From positions 239,766 through 303,765 of the forward strand of contig PFBV01000003.1 in the NCBI GenBank assembly GCA_002778465.1: a stretch of DNA of 64,000 nucleotides. Direction: 5' to 3'. Position 1 is the first letter of the stretch. Every line of letters starts with the position of its first letter. Source of the stretch: Candidatus Magasanikbacteria bacterium CG10_big_fil_rev_8_21_14_0_10_36_32 (GTDB lineage Bacteria; Patescibacteriota; Patescibacteriia; Magasanikbacterales; GWA2-37-8). A program made the translations under genes and the position numbers. Positions 10,348 through 20,919 of the stretch are shown here, piece by piece. Under the pieces are notes generated by a model that had not been told where the DNA came from, did not search any database, and saw only the letters and a list, made by a program, of their open reading frames with translations.

Positions 10348-12735
10348 ATGCTAAAATATCTTTATTATAAAACTATGGCAAGAACCTACAAGAATAGAAA
10401 AAATGGACATAATTTTCCCAGTTTAAATCCGCAAATCAGCCGCGGATTATTAGCTATTTTTTTATTTATTTTAAGTGGCATTGCCATTTTGAGTTTTTTC
10501 TCCATGGCTGGTGTAGTCGGACAGTTTGTTGATTCATTATTAGCTATCACTTTCGGACAAGTTCGTTATGTATTTCCAATAATTCTTATTGTTTTGGCAA
10601 TACTGATTGTAAAGGATTTTGAATATGATTATCGGTCTACTCATTTATTCGGCGCAATTTTATTTTTCTTAAGTTTCAATGGTCTGGTTCATTTACAAAA
10701 ACCATTTGAACAACTTTACGACTTAGCTATACAAGGAAACGGTGGTGGACTATTTGGACTGGCTTTATCGTGGCCTCTTTTAAAATATGTCGGTTATTGG
10801 GGTGGCTTGTTAATTCTAGCCGGCATACTTTTGATTTCTTTAATTTTTCTTTTTAACACATCTCTAGCCGCCATGGTAGGAATGAATAAAAAAATATTCT
10901 TGGCTTTTGGTTGGGTTGGACGACAAATTATTGGTTTTTTCTCACTCTTTAAGAAAAAACCTTCCTCTTTGCGCATGGAAATCAAGGGGGAATATACTTC
11001 TCCCGACGATGATGAAAAAGAGGATATTAAAAAAGACGACGAGGAACAAGAAGAGCGTCGCATTTTTCACAAAAAAAACTTAAATAAAAATGATACGGAA
11101 GAAAAAATAGAAGATAAAGATGCTATTAGTTTTAAACAACCTAATAAAATAGATTATCGACTGCCACCACTAGATTTGCTTGGTGTTTCCAAAACCAAAC
11201 CATCCGCCGGCGATATTGAACAAAACGCCGCAATAATTAAAGATACTCTGCATAATTTTGGCATTGAGGTGGAAATGGGTGAAATACGAGTCGGTCCGAC
11301 TGTCAGTCAATATTCTTTGGCGCCAGCTAAAGGAATAAAATTAACCAGGATAACCAGCTTAAGCAATGATTTTGCTTTAGCTTTAGCGGCACACCCAATT
11401 CGTATTGAAGCGCCAATTCCGGGCAAATCATTGGTTGGCATAGAAGTGCCAAATCAAAAAATTGCTACTGTCATGTTGCGCGAACTGTTGGAAAGTCCTG
11501 AATTCAAACATCGTGAACATAACTTAATGATGGCTTTGGGTAAAGATGTGGCAGGAAAAGTTTGGTGCGCTGATTTACCTAAAATGCCTCATCTTTTAAT
11601 CGCCGGTTCAACCGGTTCCGGAAAAACGGTTTGTATTAACACCATAATTTTGAGCTTGATTTATCAAAACACGCCAGAAACTTTGCGTTTTATTATGGTA
11701 GATCCAAAACGAGTTGAATTGACTCTTTATAATGGTATACCCCACTTATTAACCCCTGTTATTACTGATCCGGCAAAAACGGTTAGTGCCTTGCGTTGGA
11801 CAATGGCAGAAATGGATCGTCGTTTTGATGTTTTGGCTGGCTCAGCCACTCGCGATATTCATTCTTACAATAAAACCGCCAAACAACCAATGCCTCATAT
11901 TGTTTTTATTATTGATGAATTAGCTGATTTAATGTCTACAGCAGCAAGTGAAGTAGAAGGCGGAATTATTCGTATTGCTCAAATGGCCCGCGCTGTCGGC
12001 ATTCATTTGATTGTTGCCACCCAACGTCCGAGTGTTGAGGTAATTACAGGCTTAATGAAAGCCAATATTCCAGCTCGAATTGCATTTTCTGTCGCTTCAA
12101 TTATTGATTCTAGAACTATTTTAGATTGTCCCGGAGCGGAAAAATTACTCGGCCGAGGAGATATGCTTTATCTAACCGCAGAACTTTCAAAACCAAAACG
12201 TTTACAAGGTGCTTATGTTTCTGAAGATGAAATGAAAAAAATTGTTGATTATGTTAAAGGCGATGAACCGCCACAATATGATGACTCTATTGTTAATAAA
12301 AACTCATCTCCGTCAGGAACTTTAAATTTATTTGGCGGTTATAATGATGATCATGATCCATTTTTTGAAGAAGCTAAAAAAATTATTTTGGAATCCGGCA
12401 AAGCCAGCGCTACACTTCTGCAACGCCGAATGAAAGTTGGTTACGCTAGAGCGGCGAGATTACTTGACGAGCTTGAAGAAGCTGGTATAGTAGGGCCGGC
12501 GGATGGCGCCAAACCACGCGAGGTTTTTACCGAACATTTACGTCCTGAAATTGATCAAGAATTACCACTTGAAGAACAAACAATGGACGCGGGCGGAACT
12601 GTATTTGACGAAAATCAAAAAGAGGAGGAAAATATTAATAATGAAAATCTTAATAGTGAAGAAACTGATAAAAGTGAAGTTGATGAAAACGAAACTGATG
12701 ATGAATTAACAGAATCAACGGAAAAATCTGAATGA
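10348..12735 (+). CDS. ftsK: DNA translocase FtsK/SpoIIIE
   Basis: N-terminal TM segments; Walker A GSTGSGKT; C-terminal winged-helix gamma domain; alternative start at 10375. Confidence 0.9.
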   Translation: MLKYLYYKTMARTYKNRKNGHNFPSLNPQISRGLLAIFLFILSGIAILSFFSMAGVVGQFVDSLLAITFGQVRYVFPIILIVLAILIVKDFEYDYRSTHLFGAILFFLSFNGLVHLQKPFEQLYDLAIQGNGGGLFGLALSWPLLKYVGYWGGLLILAGILLISLIFLFNTSLAAMVGMNKKIFLAFGWVGRQIIGFFSLFKKKPSSLRMEIKGEYTSPDDDEKEDIKKDDEEQEERRIFHKKNLNKNDTEEKIEDKDAISFKQPNKIDYRLPPLDLLGVSKTKPSAGDIEQNAAIIKDTLHNFGIEVEMGEIRVGPTVSQYSLAPAKGIKLTRITSLSNDFALALAAHPIRIEAPIPGKSLVGIEVPNQKIATVMLRELLESPEFKHREHNLMMALGKDVAGKVWCADLPKMPHLLIAGSTGSGKTVCINTIILSLIYQNTPETLRFIMVDPKRVELTLYNGIPHLLTPVITDPAKTVSALRWTMAEMDRRFDVLAGSATRDIHSYNKTAKQPMPHIVFIIDELADLMSTAASEVEGGIIRIAQMARAVGIHLIVATQRPSVEVITGLMKANIPARIAFSVASIIDSRTILDCPGAEKLLGRGDMLYLTAELSKPKRLQGAYVSEDEMKKIVDYVKGDEPPQYDDSIVNKNSSPSGTLNLFGGYNDDHDPFFEEAKKIILESGKASATLLQRRMKVGYARAARLLDELEEAGIVGPADGAKPREVFTEHLRPEIDQELPLEEQTMDAGGTVFDENQKEEENINNENLNSEETDKSEVDENETDDELTESTEKSE

Positions 12736-12768
12736 TAAATTAAAAAATACTTTAAACTTTGAAATCTC

Positions 12769-13476
12769 GTGTCAACTTTTTCGTTTAAAAAATTAACCTC
12801 GCCAATCAGGCTTGGGTCGCGCTTTAAAACCGCTCGTGAAGAGTGGAAATTAAGTTTTGCTAATGTTGCGTCAGCTACCCGCATTCCTTTGAAATATCTT
12901 GAACTGATTGAAAACAATACTTTCAACGAATTACCCAATGCTAAAGCATATCGTTTGGGCTACATAAGAGAATACGCGGAATTTTTAAAACTTGATCCGG
13001 AACAAATAATAAATCAATTTATACAGGAAAACGGTTTAAAAGATATATCGGCACTTCACCCAAACAAAGTTATTGGCAACACATCTTTTTATTCAGTTTC
13101 CATTTGGGCAAGAAACATTTTGGCTGCCGTCTGCGTTGTGTTGGTTTTTGGTTATTTAACTCTTCAAGTTAAACATATTTTAGAACCACCTCGTTTGGTT
13201 TTACTTGATCCAAGTGAAGGTTTGGTCACTAATCAATTAAACGTGGTTGTGCGTGGCGAAACAGACACCGAGTGTCAATTAACGATCAACGGCATGGAAA
13301 CTATGTTGAATGAAAAAGGACAATTCCAATCAGAAATTGATTTGGCTAACGGAGTTAACACACTGGTAGTTTCTGCCACAAAAAAACACGGAAAAACGAA
13401 TACTGTCACACGGCATATTATTGTTAAAAATACGCAATTTTCCAAACTAATTGAATCTTTCAATACAACTAATTAA
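12769..13476 (+). CDS. HTH-domain protein, RodZ-like (XRE-type HTH plus TM segment)
   Basis: GTG start; N-terminal HTH LGSRFKTAREEWKLSFANVASATRI followed by a hydrophobic helix. Confidence 0.5.
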   Translation: MSTFSFKKLTSPIRLGSRFKTAREEWKLSFANVASATRIPLKYLELIENNTFNELPNAKAYRLGYIREYAEFLKLDPEQIINQFIQENGLKDISALHPNKVIGNTSFYSVSIWARNILAAVCVVLVFGYLTLQVKHILEPPRLVLLDPSEGLVTNQLNVVVRGETDTECQLTINGMETMLNEKGQFQSEIDLANGVNTLVVSATKKHGKTNTVTRHIIVKNTQFSKLIESFNTTN

Positions 13477-13493
13477 TTTATTAATAAAATAAT

Positions 13494-14552
13494 ATGGCAA
13501 AACAAAACCCTGAAGATTCCAAAAATAAACTAAAAGCGGCCGAAAGCGCGATTGAACAAATCAAAACAAAATTCGGTGACGGCGCAATAATGACATTTGG
13601 CGAAGCAAAAACCATGCAGGTGGATGCTGTACCGACAGGATGTTTATCTTTAGATATTGCTTTGGGTGTTGGCGGTGTACCGCGTGGCCGAGTGGTTGAA
13701 ATCTATGGACCGGAAGCTAGCGGAAAAACCACCTTAGCTCAGCACATTGTGGCTGAAGTGCAAAAACTAGGCGGTATTGCAGCTTTTGTTGATGCTGAAC
13801 ACGCGCTTGATCCTGAATATGCTAAAAAAATCGGAGTAAAAGTTGATGAACTTTTAATCTCTCAACCTGATACGGGTGAACAAGCTTTGGATATTGTAGA
13901 AACTCTTGTCCGATCAAATGCTGTTGATGTAATTGTAATAGATTCGGTGGCGGCTTTGGTGCCAAAAGCAGAAATTGACGGTGACATGGGTGATTCACAT
14001 ATGGGTTTACATGCCCGATTAATGTCTCAAGCGCTTCGCAAGTTAACGGGTATTATCAGTAAATCAAAAACCGTAGTAATTTTTATCAATCAGACCAGAA
14101 TGAAAATTGGCATCGTGTTTGGAAATCCTGAAACTACTACCGGCGGTATGGCTTTAAAATTTTATTCCTCAGTTCGTATTGAAATTCGCCGCGCCGCTCA
14201 AATCAAACAGGTAGATAAAATAATCGGCAACCGTGTAAAAGTAAAGATTGTAAAAAACAAAGTCGCGCCACCTTTCCGTACTTGTGAATTTGATATTATG
14301 TACAGTGAAGGAATTTCTATTCCTGGCGATACCTTGGACACCGCCGTGCTTTACAAAATAGTTGATAAAAAAGGAAACAGCTATTCTTTCGGCGAAGAAA
14401 AATTGGGAGTCGGGCGCGAAGCTGCCAAGCGATATTTAAAAGATACACCAAAAACTTTAAAGACCATTCGGACTGAAGTTTTGAAAGCGGTGGAAAAAGG
14501 CGAATTGGCTGATTCTGCCAGACTAAACGACGAGGTTCCTCCTGTTGAGTAA
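13494..14552 (+). CDS. recA: Recombinase RecA
   Basis: GPEASGKTT Walker A; full-length conserved RecA core; terminator 14569-14600. Confidence 0.97.
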   Translation: MAKQNPEDSKNKLKAAESAIEQIKTKFGDGAIMTFGEAKTMQVDAVPTGCLSLDIALGVGGVPRGRVVEIYGPEASGKTTLAQHIVAEVQKLGGIAAFVDAEHALDPEYAKKIGVKVDELLISQPDTGEQALDIVETLVRSNAVDVIVIDSVAALVPKAEIDGDMGDSHMGLHARLMSQALRKLTGIISKSKTVVIFINQTRMKIGIVFGNPETTTGGMALKFYSSVRIEIRRAAQIKQVDKIIGNRVKVKIVKNKVAPPFRTCEFDIMYSEGISIPGDTLDTAVLYKIVDKKGNSYSFGEEKLGVGREAAKRYLKDTPKTLKTIRTEVLKAVEKGELADSARLNDEVPPVE

Positions 14553-14613
14553 AATATCTTTAAAAAATCCTCGGTTTTAAGCCGAGGATTTTTTTATCAT
14601 ACAATACATTATC

Positions 14614-14642
14614 TTGACAAAACTTTAAAATTATGTTATGTT
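14614..14642 (+). promoter_or_regulatory. Consensus sigma70 promoter (TTGACAAAAC...TGTTATGTT)
   Basis: -35 at 14614-14619, 17-nt spacer, extended -10 at 14634-14642. Confidence 0.6.
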
Positions 14643-14685
14643 ATCCTGTTCTTTAAACATTCAACCAAAAAAAGGGAGAAAAACA

Positions 14686-14931
14686 ATGACAAAAGAAAAG
14701 GAACTTCATACCCACCCGAAAAATCCAAACGAAAAAATTTTTGGCCAACGGCTACAAGCGGGTGACATCGTCGAAGAAGACGATGTCTATGATTCAAGTT
14801 CTGGTAAATGGGAGGTGTGTCCCTGTCCGGGTCTCACTCTGCAGGAAAGTGTTAATACCTACTGGGTACGACCTGATGGCATAACCGCCGAACAGAAGCG
14901 ACACGAACGACTCGCCGCCGCCAACAAGTAG
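14686..14931 (+). CDS. Hypothetical small Cys-containing protein (81 aa), GC-shifted
   Basis: Consensus promoter 14614-14642; SD AAAGGGAGAAAAACA before ATG; CPCPG motif; terminator 14951-14985. Confidence 0.5.
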   Translation: MTKEKELHTHPKNPNEKIFGQRLQAGDIVEEDDVYDSSSGKWEVCPCPGLTLQESVNTYWVRPDGITAEQKRHERLAAANK

Positions 14932-14992
14932 TTTTCCTCGTTTTTTTAAAATACAAACCGCCCCAAAAATCGGGGCGGTTTTTTAATTTTTA

Positions 14993-16030
14993 TTATTTCC
15001 ACACTCCGAAAATTTTTGTTCCGCACTCCAAACAATTCCCATCTTTCATTTTATAAACAGTAATTTTATATCCGTCGCGGTCAATTAAAATTTCACCGCA
15101 CTTCGGACAAACAGTTTGTCCGTATTTCTGATTATCAATATTTCCCAGATAAACATATTTTAACCCAACCCGCTTACCAATCTCATAAGCCTGTATTAAT
15201 TTTTCCTCTGCTGTCGGCCCAACATCAGTCATTTTGTAAGTCGGATAAAAAGCCGACAAATGCCAAGGAATATCAGGTGAAATATTTTTTATAAACTCAG
15301 CAATTTGAGTGATTTCCTTTTCCGAATCATTTTTATCCGGCACCAATAAAGTGGTAATCTCCAGCCATTTTTTTCTCCGATAAATTTCCTTAATCGTTTT
15401 CGTTACAGGTGTCAATTCGCCCTGACAAACTTCCTTATAAAAATCCTCGCTGAACGCTTTTAAATCTATGTTATACGCGTCAATCCATTTGTCCAAATAT
15501 TCCAAGGCCTCATTTGTTTCATAACCGTTAGAAACAAAAACACCTTTCATTTTATATTTCTTTGCCAATTTCATCGTTTCAACCGCGTATTCAGAAAAAA
15601 TTGTCGGTTCATTATAAGTGAAGGCAATGGAAGGAATTTTTTTTATATGGCAATATTCCACTATTTTTTCCGGGGTTAAATCATGACTTAAACCGAGTGT
15701 TTCATCTTGAAAACCTGATAAGATTTGAGAAATTTCAAAATTCTGACAAAACTCGCAGCGCAGATTGCAACCGATTGTTCCTAAAGAAAATATTTTGCTA
15801 CCTGGTAAAAAATGATAAAGTGGTTTTTTTTCAATCGGATCAACTTGAGAAGCGATGGCCTTGTTTTGAACCAAAAGATAAAGCTTGCCATTGGTATTTT
15901 TTCTCACACCGCAAAAACCGCTTTGTCCGTCAGATATTTTACAACGCCGAATACAAGCAGCGCATTCCACAATATTATTTTTTAATTTTTTATACAAAAT
16001 CGCTTCTTTCATATCTTTATATATTAACAA
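14993..16030 (-). CDS. Radical SAM protein, AmmeMemoRadiSam-system-like
   Basis: GCNLRCEFCQN CxxxCxxC motif; C-terminal CxxC...CxxC zinc ribbon. Confidence 0.7.
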   Translation of the reverse strand: MLIYKDMKEAILYKKLKNNIVECAACIRRCKISDGQSGFCGVRKNTNGKLYLLVQNKAIASQVDPIEKKPLYHFLPGSKIFSLGTIGCNLRCEFCQNFEISQILSGFQDETLGLSHDLTPEKIVEYCHIKKIPSIAFTYNEPTIFSEYAVETMKLAKKYKMKGVFVSNGYETNEALEYLDKWIDAYNIDLKAFSEDFYKEVCQGELTPVTKTIKEIYRRKKWLEITTLLVPDKNDSEKEITQIAEFIKNISPDIPWHLSAFYPTYKMTDVGPTAEEKLIQAYEIGKRVGLKYVYLGNIDNQKYGQTVCPKCGEILIDRDGYKITVYKMKDGNCLECGTKIFGVWK

Positions 16031-16142
16031 AATAACCTTAATTTTTCAATTTATAAAAATAATTAATTGACAAGAATAATTTTTAAATATAAACTATGTG
16101 GTAGTTCTTTAAGCCAATCGTCACATAAATGGGAATATAAAA

Positions 16143-16334
16143 ATGCCGAATAAAAAAGATTTAAAAAAATCTAATGATAAAATTTATCTGATAGTGATTA
16201 CTGTTACCGTTACACTCATTATAAGCTTTGAACCCTTGCAAAAGATCCTCGGAAATACCGCTGTCGGATGTACCTATATCATTATGATAATTTTTATTCT
16301 CATTTTCACGCATTTCGTGGGTAAAAATAATTAA
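16143..16334 (+). CDS. Small hypothetical membrane protein (63 aa)
   Basis: Promoter-like TTGACA at 16069; hydrophobic core; hairpin terminator 16347-16375. Confidence 0.35.
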   Translation: MPNKKDLKKSNDKIYLIVITVTVTLIISFEPLQKILGNTAVGCTYIIMIIFILIFTHFVGKNN

Positions 16335-16395
16335 CCCAAAATTAAAAGTCCCGCACAAACGGGACTTTTTTAAATTTAATTTTAAAAAATAATTT

Positions 16396-17643
16396 TTAAA
16401 AAAAACAATTCTTACCTGCCAAATATCCCGTACTCCAACAAATTTGGAGGTTAAATCCTCCCGTTCGTCCATCTGCACTGATTATTTCCCCAGCAAAAAA
16501 TAAATTATCTATTATTTTTGACTTCATTGTTTTATTGTTTATTTCTTTTAGGGAAACTCCGCCTTTTGTTACCATTGCTAAATCAAATCCACATAATTCC
16601 TCAACTGTAATTTCAATATTTTTTAAATAAACCGCTATTTTATTTATTTCTTTTTTAGTAATATTGATAATCTGTTTATCAGTTTTTAAATTCAGATTTT
16701 CCAACAAAGCCACAGCAAATCTATTTGGCACAAAATCAGACAATAAACTCTTGATGGATTTCTTTGGATTTTGATTTATCTTATCTTGGATTTTTTTATT
16801 TAAAAATTCTAAATTTAAACTTGGAAAAATATCTAAACTTAGTTTTACCGCGCCTTGCTTCAACAAACCGCCAACTCTTCCACTTATATTTAAAATAGCT
16901 GGCCCGCTTGCGCCAAAGTGGGTAAACAATATGTCTCCTGTTTCTTTAAAATAACGCTTGTTATTTTGACAAACAATTATTTTAATATTTTTAAACACTA
17001 ATCCCTGCAACTTCTTTACCCAATCCTCTTTTATTTTTATTGGCACTAAAGCAGGCAAGAGCTCGTCTACAGTATGTCCAAAATCTCTTATCCACTTAAA
17101 TCCATCACCTGTAGAACCGGTCATTGGATAAGACTTGCCACCTGTACAAAAAATATATTTTTCGGCAATTATGCTTTTGTTTTCCACTACTAATTTTTCG
17201 ATTTTATTTTTTTTAAAAACAATTCTTGACACTCGGGAATTTAAGCAAATACTGACTTTATTTTTTGATAAATATTTTTCTAACGCATTTAAAACATCAC
17301 TTGACCTTTCACTTATCGGAAAAACTCGTCCATCATTTTCGATTTTAGTTTTAACTCCTAATCTGTTAAAAAAATTAATAACTTTTTTAGGTCCAAAAAC
17401 AAAAAATGCGTGAAACAAAAATTTTCCGTTTTCACCGTAATTTTCAACCAATTTCCTTAAATTAAATTCTGCGTTGGTTATATTACACCTGCCATTGCCG
17501 GTCAACAAAAGCTTTTTGCCCGGCTTTGTATTTTGGTCTATTAATATAACTTTGGCGCCAAATTCAGCAGCCGCTCCGGCTGCCATTATCCCAGCGGGTC
17601 CAGCCCCAACAACGGCAACATCAAATTTATTTTCTTCTGCCAT
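16396..17643 (-). CDS. NAD(P)/FAD-dependent oxidoreductase, HI0933/BaiN family
   Basis: N-terminal FDVAVVGAGPAG dinucleotide-binding motif; 415 aa. Confidence 0.75.
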   Translation of the reverse strand: MAEENKFDVAVVGAGPAGIMAAGAAAEFGAKVILIDQNTKPGKKLLLTGNGRCNITNAEFNLRKLVENYGENGKFLFHAFFVFGPKKVINFFNRLGVKTKIENDGRVFPISERSSDVLNALEKYLSKNKVSICLNSRVSRIVFKKNKIEKLVVENKSIIAEKYIFCTGGKSYPMTGSTGDGFKWIRDFGHTVDELLPALVPIKIKEDWVKKLQGLVFKNIKIIVCQNNKRYFKETGDILFTHFGASGPAILNISGRVGGLLKQGAVKLSLDIFPSLNLEFLNKKIQDKINQNPKKSIKSLLSDFVPNRFAVALLENLNLKTDKQIINITKKEINKIAVYLKNIEITVEELCGFDLAMVTKGGVSLKEINNKTMKSKIIDNLFFAGEIISADGRTGGFNLQICWSTGYLAGKNCFF

Positions 17644-18871
17644 AATTAAATTTATTTGACGGTCTTTTTTTGTAAAAAGTATTCATTTGACGATTTAATT
17701 CAAATGATAAATCCGGTAATTTTGAGATAGGCAAATAAAGCCTGGTTAATTTTTCAATTTCTCTGACTTTGGATCCTTGGTCTGACAAAACAAATGAAAT
17801 GGCTCTACCCGCCATACCAGCTCTGCCTGTTCTTCCAATACGATGAACATAATCTTCCGGATTTTCCGGAAGATCAAAATTAATAACAACTTCAATACCT
17901 TTAACATCTATGCCACGTGAAGCTATGTCAGTTGCCACAAGCACCCGATATCTACCACACTTAAACCCTTCCAACGCCTCTCTTCTTTGAGAGAGTGACC
18001 TGTTTGAATGAATTTCTACCGCAGAAATTCCAACTCTGCGCAAACTGTCACATATTTTCTTTGCACCAAATTTAATTCTTACAAAAACCAAAACACTTCC
18101 CTTATATTCTTCAAGTAATTTCCTTAAAAGTGGTAATTTTTGATCTTTTTTTACAACAAATAACTCATGCTCAATATTTTCAGCAGTGGTTCCGGCCAAA
18201 GCTATCTCCACCCTCACAGGAAGCTTCATATGATTACTGGCAATTTTTACAATGCCATCCGGCATTGTTGCGGAAAATAACATTGTTTGTCTGTCTTTAG
18301 GTATCACTTGTAAAATTTTATTTATCTGCGGAGCAAAACCCATATCAAACATTCGGTCGGCCTCATCTAAAACCAAAATCGAAACATCAGACAAATTTAA
18401 AGTTCTTTTCTCAATATGATCAATAATCCTTCCTGGTGTACCAATAATAATATGGGGATTATTGCGTATATTTTTTATTTGTTGATAAATAGGATATCCG
18501 CCAATCAATACTGCTGATTTAATACCAAAATTTCTCCCTATTTTTTGTATTGATTCATTAACTTGTAAAGCCAACTCACGAGTCGGCAGTACTATTAAAC
18601 CTTTTCCTTTTCCCAATTTTAAAATCTGTTGAATTAAAGGAATGCTAAAAGCTAATGTTTTTCCAGTGCCTGTCTGGGCTATACCAATAACATCTTTACC
18701 CTCATTGGCTACCGGAATTGCCTTATGCTGTATTGAGGTTGGAATTTTAAATCCCAATTTTAAAAGTATATCAAGAATCTTGGGGGCTATCCCAAGACCG
18801 CCAAAAGTCATCTCTGTTTCACTGGTTAAAATTGTTTTTGAAATATTTTCCGACAAATCTTTGTTTTTCAT
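17627..18871 (-). CDS. DEAD-box ATP-dependent RNA helicase
   Basis: AQTGTGKT, DEAD (VLDEADRM), SAT and HRIGRTGR motifs. Confidence 0.9.
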   Translation of the reverse strand: MKNKDLSENISKTILTSETEMTFGGLGIAPKILDILLKLGFKIPTSIQHKAIPVANEGKDVIGIAQTGTGKTLAFSIPLIQQILKLGKGKGLIVLPTRELALQVNESIQKIGRNFGIKSAVLIGGYPIYQQIKNIRNNPHIIIGTPGRIIDHIEKRTLNLSDVSILVLDEADRMFDMGFAPQINKILQVIPKDRQTMLFSATMPDGIVKIASNHMKLPVRVEIALAGTTAENIEHELFVVKKDQKLPLLRKLLEEYKGSVLVFVRIKFGAKKICDSLRRVGISAVEIHSNRSLSQRREALEGFKCGRYRVLVATDIASRGIDVKGIEVVINFDLPENPEDYVHRIGRTGRAGMAGRAISFVLSDQGSKVREIEKLTRLYLPISKLPDLSFELNRQMNTFYKKRPSNKFNYGRRK

Positions 18872-18930
18872 GTTTTAATATTATCTTTCTATAAAAATTT
18901 ACCCCCGCAAAGCAGGGATGGATTTTAAAG

Positions 18931-19017
18931 CGGAAGGGGTGGGATTCGAACCCACGGTCCACTTTCATGGACGACAGTTTTCAAGACTGTTGCCGTAAAC
19001 CGCTTGGCTACCCTTCC
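18931..19017 (-). tRNA. tRNA-Ser (anticodon TGA)
   Basis: Cloverleaf with long variable arm; GGTTCGAATCC T-loop; anticodon loop CTTGAAA. Confidence 0.85.
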
Positions 19018-19043
19018 TAAATTAATTATTATAGATGATTGAG

Positions 19044-19128
19044 CGGAGAGGGTGGGATTCGAACCCACGGTCCCTTGCGGGACACGGCTTTTCGAGAGCC
19101 GCACTTTCGACCACTCAGACACCTCTCC
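19044..19128 (-). tRNA. tRNA-Ser (anticodon CGA)
   Basis: Cloverleaf with long variable arm; GGTTCGAATCC T-loop; anticodon loop CTCGAAA. Confidence 0.85.
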
Positions 19129-19227
19129 TTTGCGCTTCACTTCTGTCTAATTACAGACATCTCTACCCATCGGTAAACAGATTAGCATAATTTAACAAAA
19201 AAATCAAGCTTATTAATAAGTTGAAAA

Positions 19228-19980
19228 TTACTCAATACCAAACAGACTTGCTAAAAAAATAATTGCGATACCTACTAACAAAAAAATAAAATCAACTAAA
19301 AATTTCTTTAAACCCACACTTTTGCGTAATTCAGGCAACAAATCACTCACTGCGATATAAATAAAACCCCCAGCAGCTAATGGCAACAAATATTTTTCAA
19401 TTCCTGTTGAAAATTGAGACACAGTCCAACCAACCAAACCGCCGATTACAGTTGTTAAGGCGGCTAAAAAATTAAAAAGTAACGCCCGACTCTTTTTAAA
19501 ACCAGCGTAAAGCAAAACACCAAAATCTCCCATTTCCTGCGGTATTTCATGCAACCCCATAGCCACCGCCGTAATAAGACCGAGTTTGATATCAACAACA
19601 AAAGCTCCGGCAATTACCAAGCCATCAATAAAATTGTGTACTGAATCACCCAACAAATTCATATAGCCGATTGATGGGGCATGCGTGTCACAAACCAAAC
19701 CTTTATGACAGTGTCGCCAGTGCAGTATTTTTTCTATTAATAAATAAAAAACAATGGCAGACAAAACTATAATAAAAAATATTTTTGGAGATAACAATTC
19801 AACACCCTCGGGCATTAAATGAAGAAAAGCGCCACCAAGTAAAGCGCCGGAAGAAAGCGCCACCAATCTGGTTAATATTTTGTTCAAAAAAGCATCTTTT
19901 AAACTCAAAGTTAATATACCAATTAAAGCACAAGAACTTATAACAAGCGTACTGCCAACTATCCAACATAGGGTATACAT
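19228..19980 (-). CDS. zupT: ZIP family metal (zinc) transporter
   Basis: Multi-pass membrane protein with HEIPQEMGDF signature. Confidence 0.8.
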   Translation of the reverse strand: MYTLCWIVGSTLVISSCALIGILTLSLKDAFLNKILTRLVALSSGALLGGAFLHLMPEGVELLSPKIFFIIVLSAIVFYLLIEKILHWRHCHKGLVCDTHAPSIGYMNLLGDSVHNFIDGLVIAGAFVVDIKLGLITAVAMGLHEIPQEMGDFGVLLYAGFKKSRALLFNFLAALTTVIGGLVGWTVSQFSTGIEKYLLPLAAGGFIYIAVSDLLPELRKSVGLKKFLVDFIFLLVGIAIIFLASLFGIE

Positions 19981-19985
19981 ATATA

Positions 19986-20789
19986 CTACTTTTTTAAATT
20001 TAATAATTTTTTAATTTTGGGCAATATTTTTTGGGTAGCTTTTTCTCCAACAGTAATAATTTTATTTCCAACCAAAAAATCATACCCGTTAATTTGTCCA
20101 ACAGTAGGAGTAATTACCACATCAGCTGATCGTGAATCGCGTTCAGCCAATTGATAACGCAGAAGTTTAATGGTCTGAAAAGCGGTTTCTCCAAGGCTTA
20201 ATTTTTCTTTTTTGTGTGAAAAATAATCATCATCTAAATTTACTGCGATCACTATTTCAGCACCACTTCGTTTAAGGGGTTGAATCGGCACAGGCATTGA
20301 AAGAGAACCGTCTACCAAAGATTTTCCGTCTTTTTTAATTGGCTGAAATATCAAAGGAACTGCGCTTGAAGCCATAATCGCCTCTATTAAATCACCTTTG
20401 TTCATAATAACCGATTTACCTGTCAACAAATCAGTTGCCACCGCCGTTAAAGGAATTTTTAAATCTTTAAAGGTGCTTTTTTCTCCTAAAAATTTAGTTA
20501 AAAATTTTTTTATTTTTTCACCACGCAAAAACCCCTGTGTCAAAGAAGGATCAAGTAAAGACAAAAATAATCGCCAATCGGCGGTGGTAATTATTTTTTC
20601 CAATTCATTTGCGTTACGTATTGCCGCATATAATGCGCCTATAATTGAACCAATACTCGTTCCTGAAATAAAATCAATCGGAATATTATTCCGCTCTAAA
20701 ACTTTTAAAACTCCGATATGAGCCAACCCTCTTGCACCACCGGCGCCAAGCGCTAATCCAATTTTTAATTTTTTCTTTTCTTTTGACAC
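19986..20789 (-). CDS. Patatin-like phospholipase family protein
   Basis: GAGGARG oxyanion motif and GTSIG (GxSxG) nucleophile; later DGS Asp. Confidence 0.8.
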   Translation of the reverse strand: MSKEKKKLKIGLALGAGGARGLAHIGVLKVLERNNIPIDFISGTSIGSIIGALYAAIRNANELEKIITTADWRLFLSLLDPSLTQGFLRGEKIKKFLTKFLGEKSTFKDLKIPLTAVATDLLTGKSVIMNKGDLIEAIMASSAVPLIFQPIKKDGKSLVDGSLSMPVPIQPLKRSGAEIVIAVNLDDDYFSHKKEKLSLGETAFQTIKLLRYQLAERDSRSADVVITPTVGQINGYDFLVGNKIITVGEKATQKILPKIKKLLNLKK

Positions 20790-20919
20790 AATTTTAAAGT
20801 TAGACGCTGTTTAAATTTTATGTTATTATAACACAAAATTAAACTTTTACCATATATAAACCTTTCCATTTTAACATATCATTTATTACTTAAGTAAGTG
20901 TGCGATAAAAAAATGATTT

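Noticed and set aside
18925-19140. 71-aa minus-strand ORF from the six-frame track
   Set aside because: It lies entirely over the two tRNA-Ser genes; its 'protein' is just the tRNA sequence translated.
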